Shown here piece after piece: positions 56,101 through 63,022 of a stretch of 63,022 nt of DNA. The notes beneath the pieces are model-generated. The model saw nothing but the letters and a program-made list of their open reading frames with translations, ran no database searches and had not been told where the DNA came from. Location of the stretch: NCBI GenBank assembly GCA_050230475.1, contig JBFLGF010000162.1:1-63022 (forward strand). The letters are read 5' to 3'. The first letter of the stretch is position 1, and each line of letters opens with the position of its first letter. The stretch comes from Ancylonema sp. Its lineage: Eukaryota. The translations under genes and the position numbers were made by a program.

Positions 56101-56824
56101 CAGGTTGTGGGATAGGAGGGGGATGGGCTGAGATAGGAGATGGGGTGGTGAGGTGCACCTCCACCACCTTTTGTTTCTCATTAAGCTCATTGGATTGAGC
56201 AAATAAAGTTGTGATTTTTTCATCTATTTTGGCATGCCGTTCCATATTTTCACTCATTTGCAAACTCATGGCCTTCAAAGTCTCCATAATTTGTTGCATC
56301 TCCATGAGGAAATAATGTGAAACCCCCAAAAAAAACGGCGGCCAAAAAATGAGGTTTTTGCCTAAAGAATAAGTTGAAAAATCCCAATTGTGTTCCTATC
56401 AAGGGATAGTGTCAGGGATCGGCATCTCGGTATATATTGTATCTATGCTGTCCAAGTCCCATCTTGGACATTGTGCCTTTTATGACCCGGTTGTGAAGTC
56501 GTTGAAAGTACAGTCCGGCGACAGTCGTAACAATTAAGGTTGTTACAAAGCAACACCGGACACGCACATTCTATTGGACCTATATACAATTCTATACGAT
56601 CCGTTCTAGATTTAACTCGATTTCCATACACCCTTATCTGCGAGCAATAGCGTTATATACACAGTATAACGACATTAAGTAACAAAATTCTGAATTCTGA
56701 TTCTGATTTTGTCATTCTATAGAGTGTCGTTATGCTTATATCGAGGGCGATTTCATATTGATTTTAAAAAAGTTCCCAAAAACTGTCGTTATACCGAGGT
56801 TGTCGTTATATCGAGAGAGCACTG
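53141..56824 (-). mobile_element. Family F MITE (reverse orientation) split by a truncated Gypsy element
   Basis: 53141-53386 and 56533-56824 match the two arms of 7721-8341. Confidence 0.85.
53387..56532 (-). mobile_element. 3'-truncated Ty3/Gypsy (chromovirus/Tcn1-like): short 5' LTR, gag, zinc knuckle, protease, RT, RNase H; integrase and 3' LTR missing
   Basis: LTR-like tgtcag...gtaaca at 56410-56532; gag SFVTGAAGEWF, LRELKQTG, PMDID; knuckle CHYCGLPGH; protease [36 protein letters not shown]; RNase H EADASDFG, YDKELLAIV, YTDHKNL. Multiple frameshifts. Confidence 0.9.
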
Positions 56825-57737
56825 TCACCACGTCTACACGATATTAGCAAGAATAGCAATTCAAGGCCATAAACTGCTCTCTAGGGGGACTTAGAAACCC
56901 AAATGAGGGGTTACCCCTTACTTGCTAATTTCGGAAGGTGTACATGTTTTCTGCACCATCTGGTACCTTCAAACACAATGGTGCACTTAAATACTTGCCA
57001 TTCCCATTGGTAAATGTATTTGAAGCATATTCTCAAAACGAAATGACGAAACGGGACTCACCACCTTCGTGGGAGCCCATGAACAAGCACGTTTACCACT
57101 ATATCATGCATGTATGATCCTACATCATTTTGAAAAAAACGTTATATTTCTTAACACCTCAATCAAGGCATGCTAAATTTGGAAATTTTGGAACGAAAAT
57201 TCAGCGAGTTGTGTCTGAAATGTAAAACAAGCATCGAAGCAACAAACAAAGCGAGAACGATTGGAAGCATCGTTGTTTGCGTATTCAGTCAGTTGTTTGA
57301 GTATTGTAGCTCATTGCCACATTTTCTCTACACATTGACACTTCTTTTCTTATCTAAAATCACGAACGTGGTCAATAACTAAATACGGACATATTTCTAT
57401 CGCAACTGGGAGGGTAACGTTGCGTACCTAAGTAAGTTGTCGTGCAAGGAAATTGACCAATCCATCAAAACAATATTCATCCCGTTGCATCGTCATCTTC
57501 CCACAAAGTGGAGTGTGTTTCATCATTTAGGACCAGAAGTGTGGACATAAATATTCTTCCCTTTCGTCAAGGGGCCGGGCGTGCTTTGAGATGCCCCATT
57601 CATTGTCGCTACCCCTTCCAATGCGATCCCACCAAGCCACTTGTTTGATTCCATATCAAAGCCCTCTTGGCGGAAGATGAGGCCGGGGATCCTGATGTAT
57701 TAAAAGTCGTCAAATTTAAGTGCGGATGTGGGCAAAC

Positions 57738-60700
57738 CAGGGTTGGTGACACCGAATTTTCGGCACCCGGTAGGGGGTTGCTAACGGGTAGCTACCCCCA
57801 ACCGATTTCCGGTAGTGCCCACCTCGGCTAGGCATCGGTAGGGGATAGGGCGGAGGCACGCGGTGCGGGAATCGGTCTGGAGACTATAGGAGCGGTTGGA
57901 ATCGGTAGGGTCTATTTTTTCTAGCATGAAAGCAAATGTAGAAGTTGCGACCAAACCAAAAAATATCATTGGATCGATCAAAGTACGATAATGTGCATCC
58001 GCGTGTGCACCTTCGTGATAGATTTATATTTGGTTGTTCTCTTGAATATATGGGACGATAATAAAATAGTTAGTGGAAGAGCCGCGATTGATTCACGCAT
58101 GTGAGAGTAAGTGAGTGTGAATCACACCAATGGATCTAATAACGTGCCGCTTCGGAAAGTTATAAAACCATCGTAACATTATGTAAAGCCTTTCACGATA
58201 CTGTGTATGTAAGACCTAATTTTTTTGAGAACGGACGTTGCATTAGTTAAACAAGCTCATTAATCACAAAAACTATGTACTCGGATGGAGGATTGACCTA
58301 ACCCAAAATTGAAAATGAAAGGCATTGGGCATATTTATGAAAGTCTCAACCGAATCCTTGATTTTTTCTTTTATGATAGATGGATCTGAAATGAATTGAC
58401 GGCTGAAATATAAACGATCGCCGACTCAGTCTGGGGGAGGGAGGGGGTGGTGTAATGCCCAATCATGTCAAACCCACGGACTATGAAGCACACCGCTAGA
58501 GAGCAATGCACGTGTAGATTAAACGTGATAAGCATGTGAGACTCGACCTCCTTGTCACGTTGTACCCACATCTACCGTACCAGCCAAAAATTAAGTCCGG
58601 TAAATAATTACCATTTTGCTTGGCGCACAAGTTTTTGTCGCGTACGGAAATAATTATTTTGAATACGTGGCGCATACTTTTAACGCCACTAAATCAATAA
58701 AATCTAGAACTCTAGAATAGACAGTCACGATAACCTGTCTAGTCGATATTCGTTTTCTACCGTAGATCAAGATAAGATCTAGATTACCGCGCGTGTGAAA
58801 CGGCGCGTCGATTGTACTAAAGCCTACGTCGCTTTCTGAATTGCCAGCTTCCGCTGTTAGTTTACGCTGTCTGAATTTCAACAACTCTTTGCAATCGCCA
58901 TCTTTGCAATCTCTGTGTGTATTTTGCAATCGTCAACAATCGTTATCAAGTGTGCCGTTTCGCCTTTGATATTCTCTGTGATTTTCTGCAAACTTCGCGT
59001 CGCTCCATTCAGCCGTAAGTTTGCGAAATTGCATGTTTGCTTGTGCGTGCTGTCGCATCTCAAGTAGTACAACAAGTCGTGTGCCGTTTTGCATACGTAT
59101 CGTGTGAAATTCTGCCGTAGTCAGATAATTATCGTTACCCTTGCAAAATCGTGACCCTTGCAAGTCGTTGATTGTCAGGCCGTTTTGCTGACGTCAAAAA
59201 TCGTTACATTCGTGCGAGCTCAGTCAGACAATGCACCCTTTGAATTGCCTGCACCCGTTCCAGATATTGTGAATTCAGCTTCTCAGTGAATCGTTTTATT
59301 CACGACAACGGTTGATTCCCGAAACCAATAGTGAGTGCGCATCCCGTTGCAACCAACTATCATTCATTCTGCACCCTTGTAGAAATTCTAGAGTTATTTG
59401 CCTTGCGTTCTCTTTATTCGTAGCTGTCACTTGTTGTGAAGTACGATAACCTGCAACGCCTGATTAACCTTAGTGTTGTTTCTAGACCTCCCACACCAAG
59501 CGTTGAGTGCATCTCAGCTTTCGGCGAGTAGTAGCTACGGCAAACTTCGTTGATAAGTCACATACCGTGCTGAATTACATTCTTGTGTGGTCAGTAGGGA
59601 TTCAACCTACACCAACTACTATAGTGAGATCCAGACGATGACCAAAGGCCCAATCCTAATGCTGCTCACCCAGACAAGCAGCCAAGACATCAACCGACAT
59701 CCGTCATTTTCATCGACGCAGAAAATTATAAAAAGTCAAGTTTTGCAGATTTTCCCAAAATCTATCGATTTCTTTGTTTTTGAGAGACTTCGCCGACAGG
59801 CTGTCTGCCGACTCCATCTGGCACGTCACGTTTGACGCGTAATAATTAATGAAAATCACGGTGGCGCAATTGTTTAGAGCCTACTTCTAGTAATTGATTT
59901 TCCAATTTGTTGGCGCATTAACGATGGCTGGTACGGGTACAACAACTAGGGCTTATCAACACTTTATCCCCTGCAGACTTGGCGTGAATGCTTACACGAG
60001 CGCAACTAACTACTCCACGAGCTCATTTGTCGATGCGGGCTCCTCGCACGGACTGCTTACCATACGTCACGATTAGCTAGTTCGCACGATGCGAACACGA
60101 GCTTCAAAATTCAAACCGTCGAATGGTGTTAAGACCCTCGCTATAGTCACTAGGGATTCCTAGCGAGGCTCCCATACTTAGCATTAGAGCGCTACTAGCG
60201 CAGTTTTCCCTACAACGAGTTGTGTCTCTATATCGAGTTTTGTGTCCCTAGGGGCCGGCCTAGGCTTCTACGGAGTATTGTCCTTAGCCAATATTTAGTT
60301 GTGCCATTAGCTCAATGTGTTGTGTTCTTAGTTGAGTGAGTTATCCCACTTGTAGCCTTGAGTTGACTTGAGACGTTTTCACTATATATAGCCGATACAC
60401 TCAAACCCCGATATAAGAAACCTAAACAATTAGTATAAAAGTTTCTTATAGCGAATACTCAAAATTAGGCACAAACGTGCGCCGGATTAATAATATTGAA
60501 TTTCGGGGCGCTGGCCCCTAGCAAGCGTCCCTCTCTATAAGCGAACTTGGTTATTGACGCAATCGATACTTGACAAAATATCGATGAATAGCAAAACGTA
60601 CGAAACGCGTACCGTCGATGCGTTACAATCTACCACGACACAAAAGTAAGGTAAGAAGTAAAAACAAGTTAATTACCACTCATCTTAGTTGTAATCTCTC

Positions 60701-60958
60701 CCTATTTGTGGTTTGCGATTGAAGGAAAACCATAAAAATCACGGGAATTATTTGATTCCCTACCGATCCCTATCGCTTCGTACGTAGCCCTACCGATCCC
60801 TAACGGGTTTTTCCCACTGCCCTACCGCCTACCGAGCCAACCGCGGCCCAGCTAAATTCCCTTACCCCTACTACATATCTAGGCAACGTCAGCTACCGCG
60901 ATAGATATTGCGGTAGGACAGTAGGGAGTGGGGCAATAGGACCATGTCGCCAACTCTA
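57738..60958. mobile_element. Probable hAT-type non-autonomous element (3.2 kb) with nested insertions
   Basis: Imperfect TIRs cagggttggtgaca / tgtcgccaactcta, clusters of cggtagg at the left end and cctaccg at the right end, and a decayed TSD gggcaaac / gggcacgg. Confidence 0.6.
58575..59937. mobile_element. Probable TA-flanked element containing the repeat shared with 1-278
   Basis: 12-bp TIR ccgtaccagcca / tggctggtacgg with TA flanks. Confidence 0.5.
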
Positions 60959-61472
60959 GGGCACGGTCCCAAGGCGAGGGAACGCTTTTGTAAATGATGT
61001 TAAACTTTCGGCCACCCTTAGACGTACCAGAGAATATTATTGGGAGTACAAGTCGGTCTTCACTTGCACAGTTTTGGTCACACGCTCCGGGTCTAGCCTC
61101 TTTTGCGCTTTCAATGCACGATCCCTATATAGAGATTTGCAGTTTTGATGCGAGGCTTGAAGTTTTTTTATATTCCCCTCTCCTGGTAGAACAATAAATG
61201 TCTTAAAGTGACGGTTGGGGATGGGAATCGACTTCAAATTGCTCCTAAATTGAAATCATTTTCTGGGGGTTTCCAGGGGTGCTTTCTCGGCGCACCCTTA
61301 TTATACTTTTGTAATTAGGGCCTAAATACTTTTCATTACGAATATGATTTTTCATTTTTACCATCTATGATTATTAGTGTGTCAAAGGAACCAAGATTTT
61401 ACTGTTGCGATGTTGCTATACAGAGAAATCTTATCAAATTAATAAACGTGAAAATCAATAAATTGTCAAATT

Positions 61473-63022
61473 TGTCGTAGTGAATAGGCTCGTGTCGTTA
61501 TAACGCGTGTTAGGCACCGTTATGTAGGAACGAGTCGGTATATCCGGTCTTATAGACTATTGTGTCATTATAACGGAATAGAGAGTTTAGTACGCCCTAG
61601 TAAGAGTAAAGTGAATGAGAAGCTTCTGCGGATCTTCTTAGGCTTGAGTATTATTGGCGCCCCCGCTTACTTCACCAATCATTGGGTTAGGGGTTCCAAT
61701 AGCCATTTGAGTAAACGACCGGGATTGAACGGCCACGAGTTCATCACCGTTAGTTAGACTTTTGGTCCAGCCGCCACTCTTCTAGTGGGTTGGTGCTCCA
61801 CTTTTATACGTCTAGGGTTGACTCTTGTATTCACTTTCCAACAACATTTCCCGGACGACTTAATTCAATATCTTGTGTACGTGCAATTCGTGATTCTCTG
61901 CGCAATTTGTTATTCTGTCGTAGTTGGAATACCTCTGAGCCTGCTTGTGCGCTAGTTTCACATTTTCGGCACCCAGAGCTTACCTTGCTTTGGATAGTTG
62001 TTGTCGGAAAGTCGAACTACGCGGATCGGATGCTTCAGTGGTCTTGCTTGGCCATGAATGTCGTAGTCACGCAATAGAAGTCCCAATTCTGGGAGGTTAA
62101 TCCGAAATTCACCGGAGAGCATATACTGTGGTTATCATTCCCCTGAGTTAGAGTTATCGGAAGAGCTCGGTACAAATTACCAGCTCGATTTTGAAGCCTA
62201 TAACGAATCTCTTCGAAACTTGCGACCCGCCCCATCTTCTCCTGATTCTCCTTCTCTCTCTTCGGCGACGTCAGCTGTCAATTTCTCAGCAGCGGACGAC
62301 AACGACGACAAGATGTCAGATTCAGTGATTCCCAAATACAATGGGGAGCTGGGGAAGCAGCAAGAGTCTTTCTTCACACATGTGCGCACACATTTCAGGC
62401 GCATGTGTCTGCGAAAGGATCGAGTGCTACAATCTATGAAGGGCTACGGGCAACTAGAGTTTCTTGATATGGACTTGCTGAACTTTTTGGGAGCAGACGC
62501 GCTTCCTATCCTGAACCACTTCCTACTGGACGCACATAATATTTCAGCAGCCGGACCTGAGCGTGCGGTCGCTCAAGCGCGGGCTATTGCGCGAGCTGAT
62601 TTCCGCAACTATAGAGTTGATTGGATGGAGGTGGATCGGGCCCATAAACCAGCGGTGCCAGCTCGTGAGCCCGACATCGGCAACTTCTTTTGAGCTCTAC
62701 GCCGACGATTTCAAACCAACTACGGTGAAGCCTACGCGAAGCTGCTGAACTTGAGGCCAGAAGCGGGCGACTCCGTCCACACCTTGTTTGTACGAGTGGA
62801 CGAACCAGCATTAGCCACCAAAGCGGGCGGTATGACTACACCTGCAGACAACGCTCTCCGCTTCTACCATTTCGTGCCATAACCGACGAAGACCATCATC
62901 ACGCCGGACTACAATGCAAAGCAGAAGCGCCGATGGGAGCAAGACCCGAGACTACCTCCGATGACCCGAGAAGAAGTTTGCGACATGGCGCAGCGAGCCG
63001 AAAACATGGCTCAGGAAGGGGG
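61473..63022 (+). mobile_element. 5' end of a probable LTR retrotransposon: LTR-like segment and degenerate gag-like ORF, running off the window
   Basis: 61473-61998 begins TGTCG and is an inverted copy of 17095-17623. The downstream ORF MSDSVIPKYNGE has a gag-like P-K-Y/F-x-G motif and is interrupted by stops. Confidence 0.55.

Noticed and set aside
53387..56532. Capture of an LTR-less retro fragment by MITE gap repair
   Set aside because: A TG...CA LTR-like segment joins the MITE precisely at 56532, which favours ordinary insertion followed by deletion.

Overview
Eukaryotic nuclear DNA from a green plant-lineage organism. Plastid- and mitochondrion-targeted proteins with streptophyte-like sequences suggest a charophyte alga or early-diverging land plant (inference). 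I reconstructed seven host genes exon by exon: mitochondrial ribosomal protein L3 (+), XRCC3 (+, intronless), plastid chaperonin 60 beta (-), APC11 (+), plastid ribosomal protein L28 (-), a TLC-domain membrane protein (+) and RAD51B (-). They are flanked by transposon-rich DNA: nested TA-flanked (Tc1/mariner/pogo-type) and 8-bp-TSD (hAT-type) MITEs, a decayed MULE transposase with SWIM and OTU-like domains, a Ty3/Gypsy element whose integrase ends in a PHD finger, a truncated chromovirus-like Gypsy inside a MITE, and LTR remnants. The best finding is in APC11. Its reading frame is only restored by a single-nucleotide exon (A at 37659), which lies between an intron with a U12-type donor (GTATCCTT) and a U2-type intron and gives an 84-aa protein. 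RAD51B has a GC-AG first intron and XRCC3 has a variant Walker A motif. All calls are by-eye readings; no searches were run.
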